Of a stretch of DNA of 64,000 nt, positions 1-12,374 are shown piece after piece. The notes under the pieces are model-generated. The model was not told the origin of the DNA. It did no database searches and saw only the letters and a list, made by a program, of their open reading frames with translations. The DNA comes from an uncultured Phycisphaerales bacterium. GTDB lineage: Bacteria > Planctomycetota > Phycisphaerae > Sedimentisphaerales > Anaerobacaceae. The stretch covers positions 544,001 to 608,000 of the forward strand of contig CAVYYI010000001.1 of assembly GCA_963772725.1 (NCBI GenBank), written 5' to 3'. Positions within the stretch are counted from its first letter, which is position 1, and each line of letters begins with the position of its first letter. Made by a program: the position numbers and the translations under genes.

Positions 1-89
1 GTGAGCGATAACTGCTATGGCACTTCGGAGGTCAGTAATCTATTTTCGTAAGGCAAAATTATTTTTCGGACTCTTTTCAATCGACATCA

Positions 90-800
90 GAATAAATCCG
101 CGAAAATCCGTGCCAATCCATAGTTAAAATTCGTCGCTCGTCTCTCGTCGGTTGTTTTTAGCTCTATCCCCTATAAACTAAAACCTATACGCTGTCCGCT
201 GAACGCTAAAGTATAACTCCCACCGTATTCGTCGGGCAGCTTTCCCCTGCGGCGTTCCATTTTGGATTTTAGATTGCCGATTTTCGATTAAAAGACAACC
301 ACTCCTTCGATATTACTCAGGACAGGTTTACTATAGACGGTGAGCCTGTCGAACTGGAAGGCCCCAAGACACAAAGAAATAAATATACAAAACTTAGTGC
401 CTTAGAGTCTTAGTGGTTATCACTATCAAAATCCCCGTTTTTTAAGCATAACATCCCATAAATCAAAAGAGAATGTCATATATGAAGCTTCATCTGTCGT
501 ATATTAAGCATGATATGCCATTTTTCTTTAGTAAAATTCGTTTTGAAGCTTCAAATGTCATTCTGATTTAAAGAGAAATCGTTTTAACTTAAGAAAAATC
601 ATTCTGACTTAGTAAAAATCGTTCCTGTTAATCAGTGTCGAAAGAAAGCGTTTAGCGTACGGCGTATTGTGTATTGCGTACAGCGACGCAATACGCACGA
701 CGCAAAACTATACCCTATCTTGTCAATCCTGTTATCCTGTCTAAAAATCCGGGTTAATCTCGTGTTAATCTGTGTCTGAAAAAACAGTGTTAATCCTGTG
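90..800. repeat. Intergenic mosaic of short 7-mer/9-mer periodic repeat families and REP-like hairpins
   Basis: Contains TTTTGGATTTTAG-A-TTGCCGATTTTCGATT (260-289), ACGGTGAGCCTGTCGAAC (337-354), ACGCAATACGCACGACG (686-702) and AATCC(G/T)G repeats. The first three recur exactly elsewhere in the window. No credible ORF. Confidence 0.8.
472..627. repeat. Degenerate tandem repeat, about 8 units of 20-21 bp
   Basis: Units such as AATGTCATATATGAAGCTTCA, AAATTCGTTTTGAAGCTTCA, AATGTCATTCTGATTTAAAGA and AAAATCATTCTGACTTAGTA. Confidence 0.65.
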
Positions 801-809
801 TCGAAAAAC

Positions 810-862
810 CAGAGGCCGGAATCGGAAAGCTTTGTCTGATTCTTTTCCGAATTCCGGCTTCT
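810..862 (-). terminator. Hairpin, probable terminator downstream of the SPFH gene
   Basis: CAGAGGCCGGAATCGGAAAG ... TTTTCCGAATTCCGGCTTCTG imperfect inverted repeat just after the stop codon. Confidence 0.5.
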
Positions 863-875
863 GTATTCTTTTTAT

Positions 876-1736
876 TTATTTTCCGCCCTGGAGAGGCAGG
901 ACGCCGGCCAGATCGCCGATGACATTAATAAGCTCTGAGCCCTGCGGGATCACGATTTTCGCGTTGTCCTTAAGCGATTTTTCCATCGCTTCGAGTTTTC
1001 TGAGTATCTGGGCATTGCCGACAAAATACTTTTCCGCGGCCTCATTGACAAGCCGTATCGCCTCGGCCTCACCTTCAGCGGCAAGGATTTTTGCCTGCTT
1101 GATGCCTTCGGCCTTTTTGATCTCGGATCGTTTTGGTTCCGTCGGCCCCGCGTTCCATCGCGTCGGCAAAATCAAGAGACGCTATTTTTTCATTTTCCGC
1201 CTTGACGACCTTGTTCATTGTTTCCTGAACATCCTTTGGCGGGTCGATTTCCTTCAATTCCGTTCGAACGATTTCCATTCCCCAGCTTTTGGTCTCACGG
1301 GCAAGCGTCGCAAGAAGATCGCCGTTTATCTTGTCTCGTTCGCTGTTTGCCGATTTTAATGTCAGTGTGCCGATGATATTTCGCAGCGTTGTTCGTCGCA
1401 AGATTTACGATCTGCCATTTGTAGCTGTTCACATTGTACTGCGAACTCTTGACGCTTTCCTCGTCGGCCTTGACCTTGAAATAGACCTGCGCATCAACTT
1501 TCGCGTTAAGATTGTCGTTGGTGATGATCTCCTGCGGTTCGGCATCGACCATTGTCTCAGTGATATTCACGACTGATCATTCTGTCTATCACAGGAATGA
1601 TCCAGTTAAAGCCCGGAGTGGCGAATTTTTGGTATTTTCCCAGCCGCTCGACAAGGCCTCGCTCGGTAGGCCGAACAATTCGGATGCCGGACAAAAAAAG
1701 GAATACAACAACCGCACCTACAATAGGCCAAATCAT
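876..1736 (-). CDS. SPFH/band 7 (stomatin-like) membrane protein, split by several frameshifts
   Basis: GGAGG then ATG at 1736 (MIWPIVGAVVVFLFLSGIRIVRPTERGLVERLGKY). Fragments QEIITNDNLNAKVDAQVYFKV, WGMEIVRTELKEIDPPKDVQETMNKVVKAE and KAEGIKQAKILAAEGEAEAI join into one SPFH protein. Confidence 0.85.
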
Positions 1737-1862
1737 AATTTACCTCCGTTTCTTTTAAATATTTTTTCCGCTCAAAACGACCCCGTAATAAATCGCGGGG
1801 CTAACTATATAGCTAATTGTATGCTTTTTGGCAAAACCTGCAAGGTTTTATTTGCCGCGAGA

Positions 1863-4800
1863 TTATTGTTGTTTATAAAGTTCGCTGACGTCGACGGCGC
1901 CTTGTTTCATTTCAAATCGCCATTTCCAGATCGCGTATAAGCGGCGGATAGACAAGCAGTTCGAGAATAAAGCTGGTGAGAATGCCGCCAATCATCGGCG
2001 CGGCGATGCGTTTCATCATATCGGCGCCTGTTCCCATCGACCACATAATCGGAATAAGACCCATAAACATCGCCATCACGGTCATCATCTTTGGCCGAAT
2101 GCGTTTGACGGCGCCGTGAATAATCGCTTCCTTAAGATCGGCCAAAGTTTTCATTTTGCCTCTGAGCAAGCCATATCTTTATATGACAGATCGAGAAACA
2201 GCAGCATAAAAACGCCCGTTTCGGCATCAAGCCCCATAAGGGCAATCATCCCGACCCATACCGCAATCGAAATATTGTAGCCGAGAATATAAAGCAGCCA
2301 TATCGCGCCGATCAAGTGAAAACGGCACGGCAAGCATGACAATGCAGGTCTTGACGACATTTTTAGTATTCATATAGAGCAAAATAAAAATGATAAGAAT
2401 TGTCAGCGGCATAACGACTTTAAGGCGGGCTCTCGACGCGAAGCATATTTTCAAATTGGCCGCTCCACTGCAGTGAATAGCCGGCGGGAAGTTGAAGCTT
2501 TTTGCAGCACAGCCTTTTTGGCTTGCGCAACATAACCGCCGACATCGCTTGTGCGATATCGACATACACATAGCCGGCCAGCATGCCGTTTTCATCGCGT
2601 ATCATCGAAGGGCCAAGACGAGACACTTATATCGGCAAGTTCGCGCAAGCGGTATCTGTGCGCCGGACATTGTCGGCACAAGAACCCGCTTGAGTTTTTC
2701 GAGGTCATCGCGAAAATCTCGGGCGTAGCGGACGTTGATGCTATAACGTTCCGTGCCCTTCGAATAGCGGTCGTAACATTTTCGCCGCCAACGGCGGACA
2801 TTATAATATCCTCAGCATCCTGAATAGTCAGGCCATAACGGGCCAACTGCTCACGTTTAAGCGTAAAATCGACAAAATAGCCGCCAGAAACACGCTCGGC
2901 ATAAACGCTGCGAGTACCGGGCAAAGGTTTGATAATTTGCTCAATCTGAATGCCGATTTTTTCAATTTGCGTTAAGGTCCGGGCCATAAATTTTTATACC
3001 GACCGGCGTGCGAATGCCGGTAGAAAGCATATCGATTCTTGCCTTTATCGGCATTGTCCAGGCGTTGGTTACGCCGGGAATTTGCATTTTCTCATTCATT
3101 TCATCGATGAGTTTTTCCCACGTCATACCTCGCCGCCACTGTGATTTATCTTTAAGCACGACAGTCGTTTCCATCATCGAAAATGGAGCGGGGTCGGTGG
3201 AGGTATTGGCGCGGCCGGCCTTGCCGAATACCCGTTCAACTTCAGGAAATGTCATAAGGATCTTATCCTGTATCTGCAGAAGATTCGCCGCCTCGGTAAC
3301 AGATATTCCCGGCAGCGTGGTGGGCATATAAAGGATCGTACCCTCATTCAATGGCGGCATAAATTCAGAACCAAGCTGGAAATATACCGGCACGGTAATA
3401 ATCATAAGCACCAGTGCAGAAATTACGGTGAGCTTGCGATGTTCGAGAACAAAATTGCACACCGGCTCATAAATCGCAAAAAGCATTCTGCTGACAGGAT
3501 GTTTTTCTTCGGGATAATATTTGCCGACGGTTATAGAGTTATAGAGATTTGAAAGCCACCGGGGCTTGAAATGGTTATAATCCATACGTGTAAAAAGCAT
3601 TCGTAATGGCCGGGTCAAGCGTGATGGCGAGAATGGCCGCAATCGCCATCGCAAGGTTTTTGCTGTATGCCAGCGGCTTAAAGAGCCGGCCTTCCTGGTC
3701 AACCAGAGTAAAAATCGGCAAAAACGCCACCGCGATAACCAGCAGCGAAAAGAATACCGACGGGCCGACTTCCTTTAAGGCGTTCAAGACGAATAACATG
3801 ATAATCGCCCTTTCGTCCGCCTGCCTCCCACAACTGCAATTTTTTATAGGCGTTTTCAACCTCGACGATCGCGCCATCGACCAGCACGCCTATCGAAATG
3901 GCGATACCGGAAAGCGACATGATATTCGAGGTGAGCTTCATGCCGTACATCGGAATAAACGACAACAGCACGGCAATTGGTATCGTAACAATCGGAATGA
4001 TCGCCGACGGAAAATGCCAGAGGAAAACAGCAGAATCACAAAACTGACAATGATCATTTCCTCGATAAGCTGATGTTTGAGCGTGTCGATTGCGCGATTG
4101 ATCAGTTCGGAGCGGTCGTAGGTGGTTACGATCTCAACGCCTTTGGGCAGCGAAGGCTTTATTTCCTCGATTTTGGCTTTGACGCGAGTTGATGACATTG
4201 AGCGCATTTTCACCCTGCCGCATAACGACAATGCCGCCGACCGTATCGCCCTGCCCGTCGAGATCGGCCACGCCTCTGCGAATATCCGGCCCGAGAACAA
4301 CGCTGGCGACATTTTTGACCAGCACCGGCGTGCCCGCACCATCTGTGCCGATAACGGTTTCTTCAAGGTCCTTCGGCGATTTGACATAGCCCTTTGGCCC
4401 GCACCATATATTCAGTGCCGGACATCTCCAGCAGGCGGCCGCCGACTTCATTATTACTTTGCCTGACGGCCTCGAACAACTTTGGTCAGCGGGATATTAT
4501 AGGCCAGCAGCGCGTTGGGATTGACATTCACCTGATATTGCTTTTGAAAGCCGCCGACTGCCGCGACTTCGGCAACGCCCGGCACGCTTTGAAGCCAGTA
4601 TCGCAGATACCAATCCTGAAATGTCCGCAAATCCGCAAGGCTGTTGTTGCCGGATTTATCGACCAGCGCATATTGATAGACCCAGCCGACACCGGTGGCA
4701 TCAGGGCCGATTTCCGTTTGAACGCCCTGCGGCAGTTTGGGCAATAATTTTGTTGAGATATTCGAGCGTGCGGCTTCTGGCCCAGTAAATATCTGTGCCG

Positions 4801-5093
4801 TCCTTGAAAATCACATAAACATACGAAAAACCAAAATCGGAAAATCCGCGTATCGCCTTGACATTCGGTGCGCCGAGCATCGCGGTAACAATCGGGTAGG
4901 TAACCTGATCCTCCATAATGTCCGGGCTTCTGTCCCAGCGCGAATAAATGATAACCTGCGTATCGGACAGGTCGGGAATGGCATCGAGCGGCATATTTTG
5001 TATGCAATACACCGCGCCTATCATGGCGGCCAGCGTAAAGAATATGACGATGAATTTATTTTTTGCGGAAAATTCTATTATCTTAGGTATCAT
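1863..5093 (-). CDS. cusA: CusA/CzcA family heavy-metal RND efflux permease, multiply frameshifted
   Basis: Fragments in order: [69 protein letters not shown] and [11 protein letters not shown]. Confidence 0.93.
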
Positions 5094-6306
5094 TAGTGTC
5101 CTGTGTGTTCCGTTGGTGTTTTATTTTGTTCCGTCATTTGCCCTAACACTGTGTTTAATTTGGATTCCGAATCAACAAGAAAATTGCCGGAAGTTACAAC
5201 GGTCTGGTTTTCCGTCAGTCCCTGCAGTACTTCATAATATCCGCCGGCTTTCGGGCCGAGAATTACTTCTTGCGGCTGAAAAAAACCATCAGGCTTGGCG
5301 ATAAAAACAATTTTTTTAGTGCCGCTGTTTAAAATCGCATCATTCGGAACAGCGAGTTTTTCACCGAGGTCGTAAATTATTTTGGCGTTTACGTACATTT
5401 GCGGCTTTAGCTCATTGTTCGGGTCTTCAACGAGAGCGCGGACTTTAAGCGTGCGGGCCATTTTTTCAACTATCGGGGCAACAGCTATAACGTTACCATT
5501 GAAAATCTTGCCCGGATAGGCTATAGCTTGAATTTGCACAGCCTGATTTTCTTTGACCAAATCTGTTTCATATTCATAAATAGTTATGTACACCCAGACT
5601 TTGCCGCCTTCGGGCAGATATAAAGACTGCTGAGGCTGCCCCTTTTTTCAAGCTCAGTGATTTCAGCTTCGCTCATACCGAGAAGCAGGAGTTTACGCTT
5701 TGCTGCATTAACAAGCGGGCTTAATTGTTCTTCTGTATATTTAAGACTGCTTGACTGCATTGTTTTGCGGGTCTGAATCGCCTCTATATATTCCTGCTGC
5801 GCGACAAATAAATCCGGGTCGTAGGCGACAATGCCAACTGTCAAAATCTGGCCGGCTAACCTGCGTCTTTCCAGCTTTTGAGTTTTAACGCCGATTAACT
5901 GCTGTTTTTCAGGACTGATAAAAACCCCTGAAGAAGCCGCCTGAGTCTCTTCGTAAACCGGTACATAATCCATACCCATCTGATCTTTCATCGGCACAGG
6001 CGAAGTTACCGAAGGATTCATAGGATTTCGGTAATACAGTAATCTCTTTTTACCGGGTTCAGCAGTTTTGCCGGATGCAGGCGGATTTTCGGAACTCTGC
6101 CTTTTGACAAGACTCATCCCGCAGATGGAGCATTCGCCCGGTTTATCCGAAGTGAAAGCTGGATGCATCGGGCAATAGTATATGTCCTTTTGCCCTGCGA
6201 CGGTGGGGTGTCCCGTCAGAAAGTGATAACGGCTGTTCAAAAAAAATCCTGCCCCGGCAATTATCGCCGCTATGACAACAACGGTAATTATGCTGCTCTT
6301 TTTCAT
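5093..6306 (-). CDS. cusB: CusB-type RND periplasmic adaptor with N-terminal heavy-metal-binding motifs (one frameshift near 5620)
   Basis: YYCPMHP...CSICGMSL and YYRNPMNP...KDQMGMDYVP motifs; C-terminal VVTSGNFLVDSES; directly upstream of cusA. Confidence 0.9.
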
Positions 6307-6323
6307 TTTTTGTCTTTGCCTCG

Positions 6324-6632
6324 CTATTTTGCGAACTGTGGAAGTTTGCTGATGTATTTTTCAGGGTCCTTTTCAAATTCTCCCTTGCAGCTTGGACAGC
6401 AGAAATAAACTTTTTTGCCTTTGTATTCGACAAAGATGCTCTTGTCTATGGCACCGCCCATAACAGGGCACATAGTTTGTTCCGTTGTCATTACGGCGGC
6501 AGGGGCATTTGCGGACGGCGGTGAAACAGGCTGTGGTGACTTTTTTCTGCAGCCGTCAAATACAAAAAGCCCGACAGTTAAAACCGCGGCGATTAACAAG
6601 GCCGCATTGAAACTCATTCTTTCATAAGTCAT
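6324..6632 (-). CDS. YHS-domain protein, exported or lipoprotein-like
   Basis: QTMCPVMGGAIDKSIFVEYKGKKVYFCCPSCKGEFEKDPEKY; hydrophobic N-terminus followed by DGC. Confidence 0.85.
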   Translation of the reverse strand: MTYERMSFNAALLIAAVLTVGLFVFDGCRKKSPQPVSPPSANAPAAVMTTEQTMCPVMGGAIDKSIFVEYKGKKVYFCCPSCKGEFEKDPEKYISKLPQFAK

Positions 6633-7894
6633 TTTTTTTGCTCCTTAAATATATCGTATAATTCTGTTCCGCTGAGCATTTCAAGCTCGGCTAATTTCTG
6701 AGCGTTATCAGCCAAAGACCTTTCATAGAGAAGCTGATAGTCCAGAAGGCTTCTCTGAGCGTCAATAAGAGTAAGAAAATCAACGCTGCCCGATTGATAA
6801 GCGCTTTCACAGGCCAGCAACTGCTCTTTTGCCTTTGGTATTAAAATATCGCGGTAAAGATTGATTTTTCGTATGCTGTCATCGAATTCAAAAAGCATCT
6901 GCTGAGCCTGTGCTGCCAGTGTGTTCTGCATCTGTTGTTTTTCCTGGGTAGCACGGTTCATCATCGCGACAGCCTGTCTTTCGCCTGCTTTATAATTTTC
7001 TCGCCATATAGGCAGAGTAATCGAGATTATTGGCATAATTCTCGTCCCCATGTTCCTGCCCATCCCCTCATCCACGGAAACGCCGACACCTAAATCAGGA
7101 TAAAATCTTTTCCCCGCGAGTTTTCTGTTGCTGCCGGCCGTATCAATATCATAGCCCAGAGCCTTGAGGTCCGGATTATTTTGAACAATAAGCGAATAGA
7201 CCTGCCCGAATTCAAGATTCACCGGATTAAATTCCGGTCCCTTAGGCCAGGCAAGCGACGCGCCGGCGGGACGGTTTAAAATGCTGTTTAATTTAGTTGC
7301 CAGGGGCTGACGATAGGCGTTTAATGTGCGAAGGTTATCTTCCAGCGTGGCTAAAGCTATCTGGGTTTTAATTATATCCGGATGCGTGGTCGCTGAAACG
7401 CCGTATCTTGTCCTCGCGATTTTTTCAAAATGCCTCACAAGTTCCATATTTTCAGTGGTAATTTCAATGGATTGTGCCAGGTAACTGTATTCATAAAACC
7501 ATTTTTTAAGGTCGTTGAGGACTTCGAGCTTTTTGGCCTCGTATTTTTTGTAAGCTGACTTCGCTGAAAAAGACGCCGCCTCAGTTCTTAATCCGATGGT
7601 GCCGAACCACGGAAATTCCTGCATGAATTCAAATGTGCTTCGCTGCGGCGTGTTCTCCGTCGCGTAGCCATAAGATATTCGCGGGTCGGGAAGTGCTTTT
7701 TCCTGCGTTATCTGTTCTGATACGGCGACAAACTGCTGATAGGCGGCCTTTACACCGGCGTTGTTGGCTAAAGCTGTCGAAATATACTGTTCTAAAGTGG
7801 TAGGGCCATTGATGTCAGGCGTTGATGAGGCGGTTTCGCCAGAGCAGACAGAATAAGCGACTAAAAAGATAATGCTAAGAATCAGACTTTTCAT
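6629..7894 (-). CDS. TolC/CusC family outer membrane efflux protein
   Basis: Signal peptide, ALPDP, QEFPWFG, ISITLPIW and AYQSGSVDFLTLIDAQRSLL motifs; operon context. Confidence 0.9.
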   Translation of the reverse strand: MKSLILSIIFLVAYSVCSGETASSTPDINGPTTLEQYISTALANNAGVKAAYQQFVAVSEQITQEKALPDPRISYGYATENTPQRSTFEFMQEFPWFGTIGLRTEAASFSAKSAYKKYEAKKLEVLNDLKKWFYEYSYLAQSIEITTENMELVRHFEKIARTRYGVSATTHPDIIKTQIALATLEDNLRTLNAYRQPLATKLNSILNRPAGASLAWPKGPEFNPVNLEFGQVYSLIVQNNPDLKALGYDIDTAGSNRKLAGKRFYPDLGVGVSVDEGMGRNMGTRIMPIISITLPIWRENYKAGERQAVAMMNRATQEKQQMQNTLAAQAQQMLFEFDDSIRKINLYRDILIPKAKEQLLACESAYQSGSVDFLTLIDAQRSLLDYQLLYERSLADNAQKLAELEMLSGTELYDIFKEQKK

Positions 7895-7975
7895 ATTAAT
7901 TCCCCAAATTTTCGCTCATTATAACAGACTGTCACCGCAAAACTCAACTAAAAAAATCAGATGTTTTAAAAAAAA

Positions 7976-8257
7976 TTAACCTTTACGGGTTCGATGTATA
8001 AGTTTTAAAACTTCGGCCAGTTTTTGCTGTTTTTCCTTTTCCGAACTTCCCTTCACGGCCTCCGTTACGCAATGCTGGAAGTGCTTTTCCAGAATTTTTT
8101 CTTCCACGCGGCCAAGAGCACCTTTGATTGCCTGTATCTGGGTTAAAATATCGATACAGTATTGGCGCTCTTCAATCATTTTTTGAACGCCACGAACCTG
8201 TCCCTCGATTCGCCTTAACGCGGCAAGATTAACTTCATGGCCTGGATTTTTGTTCAT
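7976..8257 (-). CDS. csoR: CsoR/RcnR family metal-sensing repressor
   Basis: LRRIEGQVRGVQKMIEERQYCIDILTQI...HFQHCV, carrying the C-H-C copper ligand set. Confidence 0.92.
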   Translation of the reverse strand: MNKNPGHEVNLAALRRIEGQVRGVQKMIEERQYCIDILTQIQAIKGALGRVEEKILEKHFQHCVTEAVKGSSEKEKQQKLAEVLKLIHRTRKG

Positions 8258-8286
8258 TTCTCATTTCCTTTCCATCGCTATCCCAT

Positions 8287-8305
8287 TATACCCCCATGGG
8301 GTATA
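8287..8305. promoter_or_regulatory. CsoR operator
   Basis: Perfect inverted repeat TATACCCC-CAT-GGGGTATA 30 bp upstream of csoR, typical of C/G-tract CsoR boxes. Confidence 0.85.
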
Positions 8306-8439
8306 TTTGTTCAAGAAAATTTTATTTTAATTCCGGGAAGATATTAACTTTGGTAAATAACGCGATAAACTAAAATATTGCAAACTGCGAGGCGTTATTA
8401 TATATTAGCGTGATATTAGTAAACAGAATACTTAAGTAG

Positions 8440-9901
<1,462 letters not shown>

Positions 9902-9926
9902 ACGTTAATCTTATTTTGGAGTAATT

Positions 9927-10505
9927 ATGGTTAATTATGCAACTTACGCGGATGTGTTTGCCCCATCTGTGAAAAAATACGCGGGGCTTTACAATGTTAC
10001 TTTGATTATAGCGGGTTCTCTGCTTATAGCGTTATGTGCGCAGATTGCGATACCTCTGCCTTTTAGTCCTGTTCCGGTTACGGGGCAGACTTTCGCGATT
10101 CTGATGGTAGGGGCGTTACTTGGCGCCAAGCGGGGGAGCTTAGCTGTCCTTGCGTATCTTGCAGAAGGTGTTGCGGGTTTGCCGGTGTTTTCGTTGGCAA
10201 GGGGAGGCGTTATGATGTTCGCCGGGCCGACCGCGGGTTATCTTTTCGGCTTTGTTGTCGCCGCTTATATCGTTGGATTTCTGGCAGAACGCGGCTGGGA
10301 TAGACGCATTTCGACGACAATTTTCACGATGATTTTAGGTTTGGCTGTCATCTATGGTTTCGGTGTTCTTTGGCTATCGGTTTTATTCAAAAGTTTCAAT
10401 GCCGCTTTGGCGTTTGGATTTTACCCCTTTATGATTGGCGAAGTTCTGAAAGTTTCACTGGCCGCCTTATTGCTGCCTGTCGGCTGGAAATTTCTTAAAA
10501 AATAA
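9927..10505 (+). CDS. bioY: Biotin transporter BioY
   Basis: PVPVTGQTFAI...AYLAEGVAGLPVF...GPTAGYLFGF. Confidence 0.93.
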   Translation: MVNYATYADVFAPSVKKYAGLYNVTLIIAGSLLIALCAQIAIPLPFSPVPVTGQTFAILMVGALLGAKRGSLAVLAYLAEGVAGLPVFSLARGGVMMFAGPTAGYLFGFVVAAYIVGFLAERGWDRRISTTIFTMILGLAVIYGFGVLWLSVLFKSFNAALAFGFYPFMIGEVLKVSLAALLLPVGWKFLKK

Positions 10506-10534
10506 ATTCCCGCAGGGTAATCGCTTTACATAAT

Positions 10535-11304
10535 TTATCTGTTGTGCAGGGCGGCGGGGTCCTGGTGATAGAAACGTTTCAGTTCATCGTATAAGTCCGG
10601 GTGTTGTGTGCGCAAGTCCACGGACTGCTCGAAAAAACTTTCGGTGGCGACGGCGAAAAATTCGGCGGGGTTGGTTGCGCCGTATCCGTTCAGAAGTGTC
10701 TGATGATTGTTGCGGACGTCGTGGCGGAGCTTTTCGTAATCTTTTTGTAAGATACGTGCCCAGGTTGCAAAGCATTGACGGCAGTGCAGGATTTCGCTGC
10801 TGTCGCCTTTGCCGGCGGAGCTGTCGAGCTGGTGGGCGAATTCGTGGAGGACGACGTTATGCCCGCCGTGAGCGTCGGAGCTGCTTTTCGTACATCGTCC
10901 CAGGAGAGGACGACCGAGCCTCTATGCCAGGATTCTCCCTGACGGACGTCGGGTCTTTCAAGAATCACACCGCCTTCGAGATATTCAACTTGTGTGGCTA
11001 CATACGCTTCAGGATAAACCAGTACGGTGTAAAGGCCGGGATAATAATCGGTTTGCCGATGGAGCAGGAGAATGCAGGCGTGGGCGGCTATGGTGACTTT
11101 AATCTCGTCAGTAATGGCCAGTCCGCCGCAGCCTTCGAAGAGTTTTTCAGCCAGAAAGATTTTGATATGGTTTTGGAGTTCCTGTTTATCTTCCGGCGGC
11201 AGGAGGCGGTAGAGAGGCACATTTTTCTCGACAATATCCAACCAATCCTGCGGGAAATTCCGCGATATGATTCTTTTTCTCCGCCATTTTTTAAACCAGA
11301 ACAT
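10535..11304 (-). CDS. M90 (MtfA-like) zinc metallopeptidase, frameshifted in the 3' part
   Basis: FLAEKLFEGCGGLAITDEIKVTIAAHAC and GESWHRGSVVLSWDD; alternative frames give HEFAHQLD, YGATNPAEFF and RFYHQDP. Confidence 0.85.
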
Positions 11305-11363
11305 ATATTTCTTCAGGCTTTAATTTGAATGGGTTGTCCGAAATTGACACAGGTTAAAAAAAA

Positions 11364-11435
11364 TGGGCCCGCAAGGATTTGAACCTTGGACCAAGGGATT
11401 ATGAGTCCCCTGCTCTACCGCTGAGCTACGAGCCC
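11364..11435 (-). tRNA. tRNA with CAT anticodon (probably tRNA-Ile2; elongator Met possible), CCA not encoded
   Basis: GGGCTCGTAGCTCAGCGGTAGAGCAGGGGACTCATAATCCCTTGGTCCAAGGTTCAAATCCTTGCGGGCCCA folds as a cloverleaf; G1-C72 is paired, so it is not the initiator. Confidence 0.93.
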
Positions 11436-11661
11436 GAAAAACACCGTAAAAAAATTCGGCACAGGTAATTTACACCAAAAATCCTGATATTGCAAGAAGC
11501 TGGCAGAAAAAAGAATAATATTTCACCGCCTGCAAAAAGTCATGAGTCAATAAGTATCTTCCATAACATAAAAATAAACACTGCTTGCGTTTTTTAGTAA
11601 AATGGATATATTGAGGGTTGCGTTGTGAGAGATAAAAACAATGTTAATCGGGGGTACGAAT

Positions 11662-12291
11662 ATGAACAAAATATGCAGTATAATTTTGATGGGGCTGGTG
11701 GTGCTTTTCGGCTGTAAAAACCAGAAAAACAATGAAACAACAACAAAAAACGGGAATTCGCCCGCGGCGGCCAAGCCGGATTCAAACCAGAATAAGCAGA
11801 GCGATTCTCAAGTGCAAGGAGACAAAACAATGGCTATAAAAGTAACAAGTTCAGCGTTTAGCAATGAGGGGATGATACCCCCCAAATATACCTGCGACGG
11901 CGAAGATATTTCTCCGCCGTTAGCCTGGGATGACATACCTGCGGGGACAAAGAGTATCTCGCTCATCAGCGATGACCCCGATGCGCCAGTCGGCACATGG
12001 GTGCATTGGGTGATGTGGAATATCCCGGCTGATAAAAAAGGATTAGCTGAGAATGTTTCGCCTGATGAAAGTCTTGCGGACGGGTCGATGCAGGGGATAA
12101 CGGATTTTAAGCGTCCTGGGTATGGCGGGCCATGTCCGCCGAGCGGGACGCACAGGTACTACTTCAAGGTTTACGCACTTGATACGAATCTTGAGTTGGG
12201 CAAAACAACGACAAAGAAGGATTTGCTCAAGGCGATGGAAGGTCATATCCTCGCACAAGGCCAGTTGATGGGCAAATACAAAAGGCGGTAG
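11662..12291 (+). CDS. YbhB/YbcL (PEBP/Raf kinase inhibitor-like) protein with lipoprotein signal
   Basis: LFGC lipobox; YTCDGEDISPPLAW, DDPDAP, WVHWV, YGGPCPPSGTHRYYF. Confidence 0.92.
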   Translation: MNKICSIILMGLVVLFGCKNQKNNETTTKNGNSPAAAKPDSNQNKQSDSQVQGDKTMAIKVTSSAFSNEGMIPPKYTCDGEDISPPLAWDDIPAGTKSISLISDDPDAPVGTWVHWVMWNIPADKKGLAENVSPDESLADGSMQGITDFKRPGYGGPCPPSGTHRYYFKVYALDTNLELGKTTTKKDLLKAMEGHILAQGQLMGKYKRR

Positions 12292-12374
12292 GGCATTCAA
12301 TTCTTGATTTTGGATTTTAGTTTAAAAATCGAAAATCGGCAATGAAATCGAAAATTGAATGCGTCCTCACAGGT

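Noticed and set aside
172..260. Short minus-strand ORF MERRRGKLPDEYGGSYTL...
   Set aside because: About 29 codons, wedged between repeat tracts, no RBS and no recognisable family.
472..627. Possible CRISPR array
   Set aside because: Units are contiguous and degenerate with no unique spacers, and there are no cas genes in the window.
11364..11435. tRNA as integration site of a genomic island
   Set aside because: No integrase and no duplicated tRNA 3' end seen in the window.
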